Assembly: GCA_035450225.1 (NCBI GenBank)
Contig: DAOTMJ010000007.1
Span: 65,698 to 129,697 of the forward strand
Direction: 5' to 3'
Length of the DNA stretch: 64,000 nt
Source: Candidatus Hydrogenedentota bacterium
GTDB taxonomy: Bacteria > Hydrogenedentota > Hydrogenedentia > Hydrogenedentales > SLHB01
Part shown: positions 1-9,830 of the stretch, piece after piece
Layout of the letters: every line of letters starts with the position of its first letter
Numbering within the stretch: the first letter of the stretch is position 1
Position numbers and translations under genes: made by a program
Notes under the pieces: generated by a model
Told to the model about the DNA's origin: nothing
Seen by the model: only the letters and a program-made list of their open reading frames with translations
Databases searched by the model: none

Positions 1-976
1 TTATTATTATGTGGATTGGCACAAGGCGCCGAAAATCGGCAAAAAGGAAGCCTATTTCCACGCGATGTACCGGCAGGAGTTCCCGGCGGTCATGGGCTGC
101 AATTATCTGCTGGCCGAAATGGAAGGTTGCGGACATTATGTCGGCACCGTGCTCAACGTCCGGCAATTGACGACCAGCTGGTGGGGCGAAGGCGACGATT
201 TCTTTTTTATTGACGGCGCGAAAGAACCGCAGTTGCGCGGCACGGGCAGCGAGGATTACCTGTGCGACGGCTGGGGATTGCGAAAGATGTCGAACCCCTA
301 TTACGGCTGCCCGCTGATGGAAGGCTACGAACCGTATGCCCTCACGACGGCGTATCGCTGGCATATTCCCGACCCTGTCATCTTCAAAAAATCGCTCCGC
401 GTCGAGATTGAACACAAGGGTGTGACTTTCAATGCGGACGGCTCCATGAGGTCGGGATTTGAAGAACGGCCCGACGATTTTTCGTCCGTTGCGTTCTGGT
501 ATCAGACCGAACCGCATAAACCGTTTCCGGAAATGCCCGTGGGTTATGCGCGTCTGTACTATGATTTTTCGTCGGAGATTGAAGCGGAAGGGCTGATTTC
601 CAATGTGATAGCCAGCATGGGGCCGGTGCAGCCACAGGATGGCGGTTACAGCGGCGGCAGGCAGCTTTTCTGGACTCCGTCCGAAAAAGGCCAGACGCTC
701 GCCATACCGTTCGACGTGCAAGAGGCCGGCATGCGCAGTATGCTCTTGACCTTTACCCATTCGTGGGATTACGGCATTTTTCAAATTGAGTTGGACGGCA
801 AACCGATCGGCCATCCATTGGATTTGTACAGTGCGACGGTCTTCGTGCGCGACAAGATTTTTGGTCCAATCGAACTTGCGCCGGGCACGCACACGCTGAC
901 TCTCCGCAACATCGGTAAAAATGCCGAATCCAAAGGATATTTCCTCGGGCTGGACGGCATCTTGATGGGCAAATAG
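1..976 (+). CDS. DUF2961 / glycoside hydrolase family 172-like protein (5' end cut by window edge)
   Basis: ORF is open to the window start; WWGEGDDFFFIDG and RGTGSEDY motifs are typical of DUF2961/GH172 beta-sandwich hydrolases. Confidence 0.5.
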   Translation, partial: YYYVDWHKAPKIGKKEAYFHAMYRQEFPAVMGCNYLLAEMEGCGHYVGTVLNVRQLTTSWWGEGDDFFFIDGAKEPQLRGTGSEDYLCDGWGLRKMSNPYYGCPLMEGYEPYALTTAYRWHIPDPVIFKKSLRVEIEHKGVTFNADGSMRSGFEERPDDFSSVAFWYQTEPHKPFPEMPVGYARLYYDFSSEIEAEGLISNVIASMGPVQPQDGGYSGGRQLFWTPSEKGQTLAIPFDVQEAGMRSMLLTFTHSWDYGIFQIELDGKPIGHPLDLYSATVFVRDKIFGPIELAPGTHTLTLRNIGKNAESKGYFLGLDGILMGK

Positions 977-1002
977 ACGAAGCCAACACGGGAGACAACG
1001 CG

Positions 1003-2061
1003 ATGCCGAAGGAAACGATGAGTCCGCGCGAACGCTGGCTGGCCGTGTTGAACCGTCAGACGCCGGACCGCGTGCCGATGGACATTTGGATTACGCCGGA
1101 GGCGGCGGAACGGTTGCAGGCGCACATGGGATGCGACTGGGATGCCGTCATTGAGCGCCTGCACATCGATCCGCCGATGGGCGTCGGCGGGCGTTACATC
1201 GGACCGCCGCCGGAAGAGGGCAAGGACATTTGGGGCGTCGAGCATGCGATGGTGGATTACGGCACGGGCGCGTACCAAGAAGCCGTGACGGCGCCGCTGG
1301 CGCGGTTCAAGTCGGTCGAGGAAATCGAGGCGAACTACACGTGGCCGAATCCGGATCACTGGGACTATTCCCATTTGCCGGAACAGATCCGCGGCAACGA
1401 ACACCGGATCATCCGAGGCGGCGGATCGGAACCGGTTTACCAGTACAAGTTTCTGCGCGGCGACCATCAGGCTTTCATGGATTTTCTGGAGCATCCGGAC
1501 ATCGCGCACTATTGCATTGACAGAATTTTCGAGATTGCCTATCAGGACACGCTGCGGATTTTCGAGACGATTCCCGGACAGGTATCCATTACGTACGTCG
1601 CGGAGGATCTCGGCGGACAAGACGGCCTTATGTATGCGCCGGAGACGCTGCGCGAATTCGTGTTTCCCGGCATGAAACGCATGATGGATCTTACGCGGCA
1701 GAACGGATCGTTTGTGTTCACGCATTCGGACGGTTCGTTCCGCGAGGTCATCCCGGAATTGATTGAAATGGGCATGCAGGTTCTGAACCCGGTTCAATGG
1801 CGGTGCCGCGGCATGGAGCGCGAAGGTCTCAAACGGGATTTCGGCGCCCAACTCGTCTTTCACGGCGGCGTGGACAACCAATACACGCTGCCGTTTGGAA
1901 CGGTCGAGGAGGTTAGGCGGGAAGTGCTCGACAACTACCGCATCCTCGGTGCGGGCGGAGGCTACATCCTCGCGCCGTGCCACAATATTCAATCCGTCTC
2001 GCCGCCGGAAAATATCGTCGCCCTATACGAAACCGGTTATGAATACGGCTGGCAATCATGA
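1003..2061 (+). CDS. uroporphyrinogen decarboxylase (URO-D) family protein, MtaA/CmuA-like methyltransferase-type
   Basis: 352 aa; URO-D family N-terminus (MPKETMSPRERWLAVLNRQTPDRVPMD) and TIM-barrel length; 27 bp after the preceding gene. Confidence 0.65.
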   Translation: MPKETMSPRERWLAVLNRQTPDRVPMDIWITPEAAERLQAHMGCDWDAVIERLHIDPPMGVGGRYIGPPPEEGKDIWGVEHAMVDYGTGAYQEAVTAPLARFKSVEEIEANYTWPNPDHWDYSHLPEQIRGNEHRIIRGGGSEPVYQYKFLRGDHQAFMDFLEHPDIAHYCIDRIFEIAYQDTLRIFETIPGQVSITYVAEDLGGQDGLMYAPETLREFVFPGMKRMMDLTRQNGSFVFTHSDGSFREVIPELIEMGMQVLNPVQWRCRGMEREGLKRDFGAQLVFHGGVDNQYTLPFGTVEEVRREVLDNYRILGAGGGYILAPCHNIQSVSPPENIVALYETGYEYGWQS

Positions 2062-2073
2062 ATGCGGCAGCGG

Positions 2074-4023
2074 CTACGGCATGGGCGCGCGTGCCGTGGC
2101 GTCGTCAATGAAACCGTGATAGCGTCCGCGCCAGTAGGCGTCTATGAAGGCCGCGCCGCCGAGATCGCGCCGGGTGTTCTTGATGAACTGCAGCACGAGG
2201 TGTCCGTTTTCCCAGTGCTCGCCGCCGTCTTTCGATAGATACAATCCGGCCGGCGTGCCCGCGAACACCCAGTCCGTGTTTTCGGGCGTGAAGACCGTCA
2301 CCGCGCGGGGAATGCGCAGGCCGTCCGCCTTGAGTTGCCATGTCTTGCCGCCGTCCCCGCTCTTGAGCACGCCGTTGGCGTCCGGCTTGAAACGCCGTTC
2401 CCCTTCGCGAATTTCCGGCGCTTTCGCTGCTTTTTCCCACGTCTTTCCGATGTCTTTTTCCTTCGTGAAGACCGTTCGGTAGACCGCTTTTTCGCGAACC
2501 GCGTACAGCGTGTTCTGCTCGCCGGGTTCGATTTGCACGCCAACGGCCTTGCCTCCCTCTTCGGGAACGTCGAGCCGCCGCCACGAATATCCGCCCGTTG
2601 TCGAGACGCGGAATCCGTCGTCGCACGCCACATAGATCCACCGGATGCGCGGTCCCGCCGCCAATGCGCGCACCGGCGAGCCGATCCCCGCGTCCACGGG
2701 ATGCCAGCCCGCCGCCGTGGCGGCGCCGTCACGCGACTGGTACAGGTCGCCGTTCGTGTCGAAGGCGTACAGGACCACCGGATCCTCCGCCGGAACGGCC
2801 ACACCCATCACGATGCGGCTCAGCCAGCCGTCTTTGTTCAGCAGATGCCCCTTCCAGATGTATTCGTTGTCCCACACCGCGGCATACATCGGATACGGCG
2901 GTTTCAGATCGGGACGCAGGCTGTTCATCGTCGGCTCGAAGATCGTCTCCGTCGGATATGTTTGCAGCGTATACAACGCCTCCTTGAGCGCCTTGTCGCG
3001 TCCGGGCGCATCCGGCGCGAGACTGTAATAGATGTACGTAAACAGCGATTGCGCATCGTCCTTGTGATTCGACCAAATGCCTTCGAGTACGACCCGATAC
3101 GCAGCCAGCAATTCCGGATCCGTCTCGATGCGGAAAAGGTTTTCAAGGTGGCACAGGCAATGCTCGGCGTCGTCGTGATCCTTTTCCGTCCTGAAACTCG
3201 TCAGACCGCGCACATGAAATTTTTCGATGAGACGTTCGTACACGGCCTGGTATTTCGGATCGCCCGTGGCATGATGCGCGATTTTAGCGCCGCCGATGGC
3301 CATGAGAATTCGCGTGTTCAGCGTTTTGCCGTCGTGGAAACCGAGGATGGGCGTGTTGTGGACGCGGTCAATGTGCCAGATCTTGAAATCATTGTTCACC
3401 CAGTAACCGACCAGCGCGTCGATCGCCTCGCGACAACGAGCCTTCTGCGCGCCCTCCGCCGCCAAGTCGTAATAGTTGCCGAGACCGCGCGCCGACGCGC
3501 TGTAATTGTGGTGGCTTGGACTGCCCCGCCAGCGCAGATGGGCGTATTCGCCCGCGCCCTGTTGCCACGAGTCGTTCAGCCGTTCGATGCCGCGCTCTTC
3601 ATAGGATTCTCCATGGCCGATGGCATAGCCGCGCGCCTGCAATCCGCGGACGCCCGTCACGAGTTGACAGCGGTAGATGGATTCGAATAGTTCATCGGCC
3701 CGCGCCTTCGCTTTCGCGACGTCCTCCGCAGGCGCGCCCGACTTTTTGAGAAACGCATACCGGTACGACGCGCCGCCCAGGTAATTCGCCGTCCAGCACA
3801 CCGCGTGCGCGATGTTGCTGTTGCCCCGCGTGGACTGATCCACCGGCCCGCCGTCCAGCGGCACTTCAACCTGGGAAGGATACAGGCCAAGGATGTTGTG
3901 CCGCTCGACATTGTTCTTTTCGAGAATCCGCTCCTTCTCCTCCAGCGGCAATTTCCACGAATCACTAGCATGCACACAAAATGCGGCAAGACACACGCTC
4001 CAAAAAAACGGCATTGCCCGCAT
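2074..4023 (-). CDS. secreted hypothetical protein, alpha/alpha-toroid-like N-terminal half plus C-terminal BNR/Asp-box (SxDxGxTW) repeats
   Basis: N-terminal signal peptide MRAMPFFWSVCLAAFCVHA; Asp-box repeats SGDGGKTW, SKDGGEHW and DIGKTWE in the C-terminal part; N-terminal domain not recognised. Confidence 0.5.
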   Translation of the reverse strand: MRAMPFFWSVCLAAFCVHASDSWKLPLEEKERILEKNNVERHNILGLYPSQVEVPLDGGPVDQSTRGNSNIAHAVCWTANYLGGASYRYAFLKKSGAPAEDVAKAKARADELFESIYRCQLVTGVRGLQARGYAIGHGESYEERGIERLNDSWQQGAGEYAHLRWRGSPSHHNYSASARGLGNYYDLAAEGAQKARCREAIDALVGYWVNNDFKIWHIDRVHNTPILGFHDGKTLNTRILMAIGGAKIAHHATGDPKYQAVYERLIEKFHVRGLTSFRTEKDHDDAEHCLCHLENLFRIETDPELLAAYRVVLEGIWSNHKDDAQSLFTYIYYSLAPDAPGRDKALKEALYTLQTYPTETIFEPTMNSLRPDLKPPYPMYAAVWDNEYIWKGHLLNKDGWLSRIVMGVAVPAEDPVVLYAFDTNGDLYQSRDGAATAAGWHPVDAGIGSPVRALAAGPRIRWIYVACDDGFRVSTTGGYSWRRLDVPEEGGKAVGVQIEPGEQNTLYAVREKAVYRTVFTKEKDIGKTWEKAAKAPEIREGERRFKPDANGVLKSGDGGKTWQLKADGLRIPRAVTVFTPENTDWVFAGTPAGLYLSKDGGEHWENGHLVLQFIKNTRRDLGGAAFIDAYWRGRYHGFIDDATARAPMP

Positions 4024-4272
4024 AACCGCGATCCTCCCTCTCCGCGCATTGCCCGTTCCGCATGCGCGCCGTTTGCGTTCCGTCTGGACGCTCCGCTATA
4101 CTTTCCACAGTGGCCGTGAGCCGTAAAGCCGTCGTCAAGAGTAGTCGTTCTTTGTTCGCGACATCCACGCGCCGGGCATGGACGCCGCGGGGAAAGAACC
4201 CGGATATTCGACCACGGTTTTTCTTCCGAAGTTTCCCCACGCGGGAAAGCCGGTACGGCCATTCCGACACGG

Positions 4273-4349
4273 GCCGGGGTAGCTCAGTTGGTTAGAGCAC
4301 TGGATTGTGGATCCAGGGGTCCAGGGTTCAAGTCCCTGCCCCGGTACCA
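4273..4349 (+). tRNA. tRNA-His (anticodon GTG)
   Basis: Hand-folded cloverleaf: acceptor GCCGGGG/CCCCGGU, D-arm GCUC-AGUUGGUUA-GAGC, anticodon stem CUGGA/UCCAG with loop UUGUGGA (GUG), T-arm CAGGG-UUCAAGU-CCCUG, encoded CCA. There is an extra G at 4272 (possible G-1), but position 73 is A and pair 1:72 is G:U. Confidence 0.85.
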
Positions 4350-4529
4350 TCCCAATCGAGATCGAGCGCCATTCGTCGTTTCCGGTTTCCATGTTCAATA
4401 TCCGGACGCCTGTCGTCTTTTTGGGCCGGTGTTTTTTCGTCGTCCACACCGCCGTTTGCATCGTTTTCATTTGCCGGGCATAATATTTGGATGTTGGATG
4501 AATAATCGGGATTCAAGGAGACGCGAATC

Positions 4530-5300
4530 ATGAAACACAAAGTCGTTGCGATAGCGGTGGCGGTTCTGATCCTGGCGGGCGTGGCCGCCTGGCAACTGAT
4601 TCTGCCCGAGCGATTGACCGCGAGCACGCTGGAAAAGGCGGCACAGGTACAGAAACGCCTGGATCAGGAAATGGCCGGCAAGGCGCCCGCGAAGGCGCAG
4701 CCGGTGGAAACGGCCCAGGCCCAACCAACCCCAGCGCCCAAGCCGGCGGACCCCGCCAAACCGGCCGAAGGCGCGAAGGCGGCGGATCCGAATGTGTTCA
4801 AGGTAAAGTTCGAGTGTTCAAACGGCAATTTTGTGGTGGAGGTTCATCGGGACTGGGCGCCGCTGGGCGCGGAGCGGTTCGAACAACTGGTGAAGGAAGG
4901 GTTTTACAACGAGGCCCGTTTTTTCCGGGTGGTGCCGAATTTCGTGGTGCAGTTTGGTCTTGCGGCGGATCCGCAGGTCAGCGCGAAATGGCGTTCGCAA
5001 AATCTGAAGGACGATCCGGTCAAGCAGAGCAATACAGTGGGCACGATTACGTTCGCGACCGCCGGCCCCAATACGCGCACGACGCAGTTGTTCATCAATC
5101 TGGTTGACAACGCGCGCTTGGACGGCATGGGGTTCGCCCCCTTCGGGAAAGTCATCGAAGGCATGGACGTGGTCAAGGCGATTACGTCGCAATACGGCGA
5201 GATGCCGCAGCAGTACGCAATCGAAACGCAGGGCAACGCGTATCTGACGGCGCAGTTCCCGAACATGGATTATATCAAGAAGGCAACGATCGTTCCCTGA
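4530..5300 (+). CDS. peptidyl-prolyl cis-trans isomerase, cyclophilin type, membrane-anchored with Pro/Ala-rich linker
   Basis: N-terminal TM helix; cyclophilin core motifs FFRVVPNFVVQFG and TITFATAGPNTRTTQLFINL. Confidence 0.85.
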   Translation: MKHKVVAIAVAVLILAGVAAWQLILPERLTASTLEKAAQVQKRLDQEMAGKAPAKAQPVETAQAQPTPAPKPADPAKPAEGAKAADPNVFKVKFECSNGNFVVEVHRDWAPLGAERFEQLVKEGFYNEARFFRVVPNFVVQFGLAADPQVSAKWRSQNLKDDPVKQSNTVGTITFATAGPNTRTTQLFINLVDNARLDGMGFAPFGKVIEGMDVVKAITSQYGEMPQQYAIETQGNAYLTAQFPNMDYIKKATIVP

Positions 5301-5370
5301 TGGCGGCATTGGGCCCGGCGCGGGCGGATCGGCGCGCGCCATTGGCCGATGCGTTGAGGGAGGGAGAACC

Positions 5371-6351
5371 ATGGCGACTCCGGTGCGATGGGGCATCCTG
5401 GGCACGGCGCGAATCGGGCGGGCGGTGATGCGGGGCATCGGTATGGGCGTGTCGAGTTGTGTCCAGGCGGTGGCAAGCCGCAACTGGACGCGCGCTTCCG
5501 AATGGGCCAAGGAACACGGCATCCCGCGCGCGTTCGGTTCGTACGACGACTTGATCCGGTCGCGCGAGATTGACGTCCTTTACAATCCGCTGCCGAACAG
5601 CATGCATGCCGAGTGGACTCTCAAGTCGATTGAAGCGGGCATTCCGGTCCTGTGCGAGAAGCCGTTTGCGATCAATGCGCAACAGGCGCGGGAAATGGCG
5701 GCCGCCGCCAAGCGGAAAGGCGTGCTCTTGGCGGAGGCCTTCATGTACCGGTTTCATCCGATGTACGATGAAATTTTGGCGCGGATTGCCGCGGGCGCGA
5801 TTGGCGAGTTGGTCTCCATGCGAAGTTGTTTTACCTTCCGGCTGAGCGACCGCGAGACGAATATCCGCGCGTCGGCATCGTTGGCCGGCGGCGCCCTGAT
5901 GGACGTCGGCTGCTACTGCGTGAACCTCGCGCGGCTTGTCGCGGGTTGCGAACCCGTCCATGCGCAGGCGGTAAGCCGCCGCACCAGTGTGGACGACACG
6001 CTCATGGGCCAGCTTGTGTTTCCCGGGGGCATTTTGGCCCAATTCGAGTGCAGCATCGAAAACTATGCCCGGAGCCATGCCGATATTGTCGGGACGGAAG
6101 GCATGATCCATATACCCTCGCCATGGTTTCCGGGCGAGGACAAGGCCTGTTTTTTCATTCGGCGCGGCGGACACGAGGAAGTCGTGGAAACGCCCGGCGC
6201 CAACTGTTACCACCTCGAAGTCGAAGACTTCGTTCGCAGTTACAAGACGCATCAGCCGCCGCGCTGGACTCCGGAGGATGCCGTGGCCAACATGGCGGTG
6301 ATCGACGCGCTCTACCGATCGGCCGAGGAAGGAAAGACCGTGGCCGTTTGA
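5371..6351 (+). CDS. Gfo/Idh/MocA family NAD(P)-dependent oxidoreductase
   Basis: N-terminal Rossmann motif RWGILGTARIGR; conserved EKP motif (VLCEKPFA); 326 aa. Confidence 0.85.
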   Translation: MATPVRWGILGTARIGRAVMRGIGMGVSSCVQAVASRNWTRASEWAKEHGIPRAFGSYDDLIRSREIDVLYNPLPNSMHAEWTLKSIEAGIPVLCEKPFAINAQQAREMAAAAKRKGVLLAEAFMYRFHPMYDEILARIAAGAIGELVSMRSCFTFRLSDRETNIRASASLAGGALMDVGCYCVNLARLVAGCEPVHAQAVSRRTSVDDTLMGQLVFPGGILAQFECSIENYARSHADIVGTEGMIHIPSPWFPGEDKACFFIRRGGHEEVVETPGANCYHLEVEDFVRSYKTHQPPRWTPEDAVANMAVIDALYRSAEEGKTVAV

Positions 6352-6425
6352 TCGCCCGGCCCGGAAGGCAAGGGCGGAAACAGACGGCACGGGGGATTGG
6401 CGAAAATCAAGGAGAAGAAACCGGC

Positions 6426-7604
6426 ATGCACACGGCAAAGCGTTTGGAGAAGGTTCCGCCCTATCTGTTCATGACGTTGCGCAACAAGATCAACGCGGCT
6501 CGGGCGCAGGGTATAGATGTCGTCAGCCTGGCCATCGGCGATCCGGTGGATCCGACGCCGGATCGCGTCGTCGAAGCGCTTGCACGGGCCGCGCGCGATC
6601 CGGAAAACCACCGGTATCCCACGGACGAGGAATGGGGGATGCTGGCGTTTCGCGAGGCGGTGGCGCGGTGGTACGGGCGGCGCTACGGCGTGACGCTGGA
6701 TCCCGGAAAAGAGATCGTGGCCCTGATCGGGTCGAAGGAAGGCTGCCATCATTTCGCGTTGGGCGTGGTCAACGAGGGCGACACGGTGCTGGTGACGGAT
6801 CCGGGGTATCCGGGCTACAAGCCGAGCATCTGGTTCGTCGGCGCGGAACCCTATCCCGTCGCAATGCGCACGGAAAACGGGTTTCTGCCGAAACTCGATG
6901 ACATCCCGTCCGAGGTGGCGAAAAAGGCGTCGGCGTTCTACCTGAATTATCCGAACAATCCGACGGGGGCGGTGGCGACGCGCGCGTTTCTTGACGAATT
7001 GGTCGCCTTTGCCAAGAGTTACGATATCGCCATCTGTTACGACAATCCGTACAGCGAGGTGGTATTCGGCGTGGAGCGGCTGAGTTTTCTCAGTGTGGAC
7101 GGCGCGAAAGACGTGGGGGTCGAACTGAATTCGCTGTCGAAACCGTTCAACATGACGGGATGGCGCATCGGGATGGCCAGCGGCAACCCCGATCTTGTGG
7201 GCGCGATTGCCAAGGTGAAATCGAACACGGATTCCGGTATTTTCAACGCGATCCAATATGCGGGCATCGAGGCTTTGGACCATTGCGACGCATTCACCGA
7301 ACAGATGGTCGGCATTTATCAGGCGCGCCGCGCACGGATGCTGGCCGTGCTGCGCGCGCTGGGCTGGCGCTATGAGCCTCCGAAGGGCACGTTTTACCTG
7401 TGGGTACCCGTGCCGAAGGGCCATACATCCGCATCGTTTTGCGAGTTCCTGCTGGAACGCTGCGCGGTGGTTTCCGCGCCCGGCGCGGCCTACGGCGCGA
7501 ACGGCGAGGGGTACGTGCGTTTTTCGTTGACGGTCCGTGAGGATCGTCTCGACGAGGCCCTGCGGCGCATGTCGGAGCGATTGCCGAAACTGGAATTCGA
7601 TTAG
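6426..7604 (+). CDS. PLP-dependent aminotransferase, class I (LL-diaminopimelate aminotransferase-like)
   Basis: ATG at 6426 preceded by AAGGAGAAG; the long 5826 ORF is an upstream over-extension; motifs LNYPNNPTG and SKPFNMTGWRIG (PLP lysine region). Confidence 0.8.
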   Translation: MHTAKRLEKVPPYLFMTLRNKINAARAQGIDVVSLAIGDPVDPTPDRVVEALARAARDPENHRYPTDEEWGMLAFREAVARWYGRRYGVTLDPGKEIVALIGSKEGCHHFALGVVNEGDTVLVTDPGYPGYKPSIWFVGAEPYPVAMRTENGFLPKLDDIPSEVAKKASAFYLNYPNNPTGAVATRAFLDELVAFAKSYDIAICYDNPYSEVVFGVERLSFLSVDGAKDVGVELNSLSKPFNMTGWRIGMASGNPDLVGAIAKVKSNTDSGIFNAIQYAGIEALDHCDAFTEQMVGIYQARRARMLAVLRALGWRYEPPKGTFYLWVPVPKGHTSASFCEFLLERCAVVSAPGAAYGANGEGYVRFSLTVREDRLDEALRRMSERLPKLEFD

Positions 7605-7691
7605 CCGTGGTGGTAGTGTGAAAGCGCTGCGGCATGCTTTGGTTGTGCGATGCATGCCGCGCAAACGGGCAACCGGGAAAGGCCGGCGGCG

Positions 7692-8441
7692 ATGGGCAAT
7701 CTACATTATGCGTTGCAGTTGTATACCGTTCGCGATTATCTGGAAAAGGACGTGGCCGCCGCGCTCCAGAAAGTCCGCGAGTCCGGTTATACGCATGTCG
7801 AGGTGGCCGGCACCCATGGGCTGACGGCGGCCGAATTCAAAAAATGGCTCGATGCCGCGCACTTGAAACCGATGAGCGTTCACACCGGCTACGAGGACGT
7901 CGTCAACAACACGCCCGCCGTGGTCGAACTCGCCAATACGCTGGGCGTCAAGTATGTAGCCATCGGCGGCATCGATCGGGCGTTGACGCCCGACAAGGAG
8001 GGCTGGCAGGCCTGCGGCCGGGCGCTTGACGCCGGCGGCGCGCGGCTGCGCGAAGCGGGAATTATCCTCAACTACCACAACCATGCCCATGAATTCGACC
8101 GGATCGGCGGCGAGTATCCCTTCGACATTCTCATGGGATCGGCCAGCCCGGAAAATCTTGCGGCGCAGATAGACACCTTCTGGGTCCGCTACGCGGGACT
8201 GAATCCGGCGGGCCTTATTGCGCGGTATGCCGGACGCTGCCCGTTGCTGCACGTGAAAGACATGCTCGATATCAAATCGCGGGCGTTTACGGAAATGGGC
8301 AACGGGATTCTCGATTGGCGTGAAATATTCGCGGCAGCAGCCACCGCCGGCACGAAGTGGTATATCGTCGAACAGGACGTGTGCCCGCGGGATTCGATGG
8401 CCAGCGCCGCGATCAGCGCCCAGTTCATGGCAAGGTTCTAA
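7692..8441 (+). CDS. sugar phosphate isomerase/epimerase (xylose-isomerase-like TIM barrel) family protein
   Basis: AP-endonuclease-2/xylose-isomerase-like TIM pattern (LQLYTVRD ... HNHAHEF ... LHVKD); start taken at the internal ATG 7692 after a GGAAAGG RBS-like site. Confidence 0.75.
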   Translation: MGNLHYALQLYTVRDYLEKDVAAALQKVRESGYTHVEVAGTHGLTAAEFKKWLDAAHLKPMSVHTGYEDVVNNTPAVVELANTLGVKYVAIGGIDRALTPDKEGWQACGRALDAGGARLREAGIILNYHNHAHEFDRIGGEYPFDILMGSASPENLAAQIDTFWVRYAGLNPAGLIARYAGRCPLLHVKDMLDIKSRAFTEMGNGILDWREIFAAAATAGTKWYIVEQDVCPRDSMASAAISAQFMARF

Positions 8442-8450
8442 CGCACAGAG

Positions 8451-9383
8451 ATGAAAGATCCGCGTTCATTGTTTGGCGATCGATGCCCGGCATGCGCTAT
8501 GCGCCGCGATGCCATTCGCACGAGGGGTTTTTGGGGCGCCGCCTGCTTCATGCTTGCGTTCTTTTGCGTGGGCTGCGATCGATCCGTGATTTCCGGCATG
8601 GTGACCGATGTCCAGGGCCATCCACTGCCCGGCGTAGCCGTCATCGCGGATGCCGCGGCCGCCCAGACGATTACCAATGCGCTGGGCCGGTATGAATTGT
8701 CGGCGCCGCGGGGAATCGCCGGCATCCGGCTCGTGAAAGACGGGTACACGTCCGGCTATCTCGCTTTGGAAAGCAGCACGGGCCTGAGCGTGACGGCGCA
8801 AACGGTCGCCCTGTGGCCGCTTCCGCGGGGCGCGGGCGCGTACCTGGTTGAGGACTACCATTTTCGCGCCATGCCCCCCGGAGAACCGAAACCTTTTGCC
8901 ACCGAAACAGGCCCTGTGTATGCGATGCGCGTCGTGGCGGCGATCGCAACGACGGACCAGCCAAAACCGCTGATCGTCTGCCACAAAATGCCCGCCTACG
9001 ACCTTCGGCTGGCGCGTTTGCGCCGTGTGAAAGCAACCGGTCCGGAAGGCGGATTCGAGGTGTGGACGGCGGAATCCAACAACCCTGTCGAGGCGCTTCC
9101 CATTGACGAACCGGAGCGGGTCCTTGTGGAAATACGCCTGGTGGATGCGCTAACCCCCGGAACTTATGCCCTGCATTGGGGCGCGCTGGACGGACGCACG
9201 AGTACCGAATCCCGGGCCTTTCTGTTCACCGTCCAAGACCCGGACCAGCCGCCCGACATCGCCCCGGTTCCCGAAACCAAGCCCGACACACGAAAATCGC
9301 CCCCTGAACAACCGTCCCAAATGCCGGTTGAAAACGTGGATACGACCGCGGCGGATGCCGAGGCGGAAGCGCCGCCGCGTTGA
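8451..9383 (+). CDS. hypothetical lipoprotein with carboxypeptidase-regulatory-like (CarbopepD_reg) domain
   Basis: Signal/lipobox-like N-terminus (FMLAFFCVGC); GMVTDVQGHPLPGVAVIADAAAAQTITNALGRYEL matches CarbopepD_reg; Pro-rich C-terminus. Confidence 0.5.
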   Translation: MKDPRSLFGDRCPACAMRRDAIRTRGFWGAACFMLAFFCVGCDRSVISGMVTDVQGHPLPGVAVIADAAAAQTITNALGRYELSAPRGIAGIRLVKDGYTSGYLALESSTGLSVTAQTVALWPLPRGAGAYLVEDYHFRAMPPGEPKPFATETGPVYAMRVVAAIATTDQPKPLIVCHKMPAYDLRLARLRRVKATGPEGGFEVWTAESNNPVEALPIDEPERVLVEIRLVDALTPGTYALHWGALDGRTSTESRAFLFTVQDPDQPPDIAPVPETKPDTRKSPPEQPSQMPVENVDTTAADAEAEAPPR

Positions 9384-9398
9384 TTGCCGGCCGGAGCA

Positions 9399-9830
9399 TC
9401 AGAATTTTCGTTTTTCCAGACAAGCGCGAATCAGGGGGGGCGCGTTTGCGGCGAGATTTCGGAGCCGCGCCTCGTCCAGCATGTGGACGGAATCGTGAAT
9501 TTGAACATACCGGGAGGTCGGCAAAGTTCCAAGCGCATCGAATTGAGGGGCGTCGATCAGGTGTTCTTCATGCGATCTCTCCAGGAGTTCTTGATGCCAT
9601 GAGTCTGTCTTTTCGATGCCTTTCCCCTTTTGTTCGAGATCAAAGCGCAAGATTCTTTCGATGCCGGTCTATGCGTTCTGAAGAAGCGTTTCCGGTGGTA
9701 TGGTCTCGAATCGGGAAAGATCCGGCGTTGAGAGTGATTCCTCAATCATCGCAACGACTTTGAGAATATTCTCCTGCCCGCGCCGCGCGAATCCTTCTTC
9801 AGCGTTGATAAATGCGCACGCCTTTTTCAC
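9399..9830 (-). pseudogene. HEPN-like toxin candidate interrupted by an in-frame TAG (putative partner of the MNT nucleotidyltransferase)
   Basis: One reading frame runs from GTG 9830 to 9399 (about 143 codons, HEPN/HepT size) but has a TAG at 9669-9671. Upstream piece ...ENILKVVAMIEESLSTPDLSRFETIPPETLLQNA* and downstream piece TGIERILRFDLEQ...LLERSHEEHLID with an Rx4H pattern (RSHEEH). Confidence 0.3.

Noticed and set aside
781-1992. 403-aa ORF on the minus strand covering the URO-D-like gene, plus many similar long antisense ORFs (e.g. 2335..3690, 5275..6438, 6312..7664, 10169..12070, 15971..16909, 25603..27390, 41000..42496)
   Set aside because: They lie fully antisense to genes with recognisable protein families, and their translations are Arg/Ala/Pro/Gly-rich low-complexity sequences typical of GC-rich non-coding frames; no family similarity.
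4135-4470. 111-aa minus-strand ORF
   Set aside because: Overlaps the tRNA-His gene and its flanks; translation has no recognisable features.
4350-4529. Integrase or prophage attachment at the tRNA-His 3' end
   Set aside because: No integrase, recombinase or phage gene follows; the next gene is a housekeeping cyclophilin and GC content stays high.
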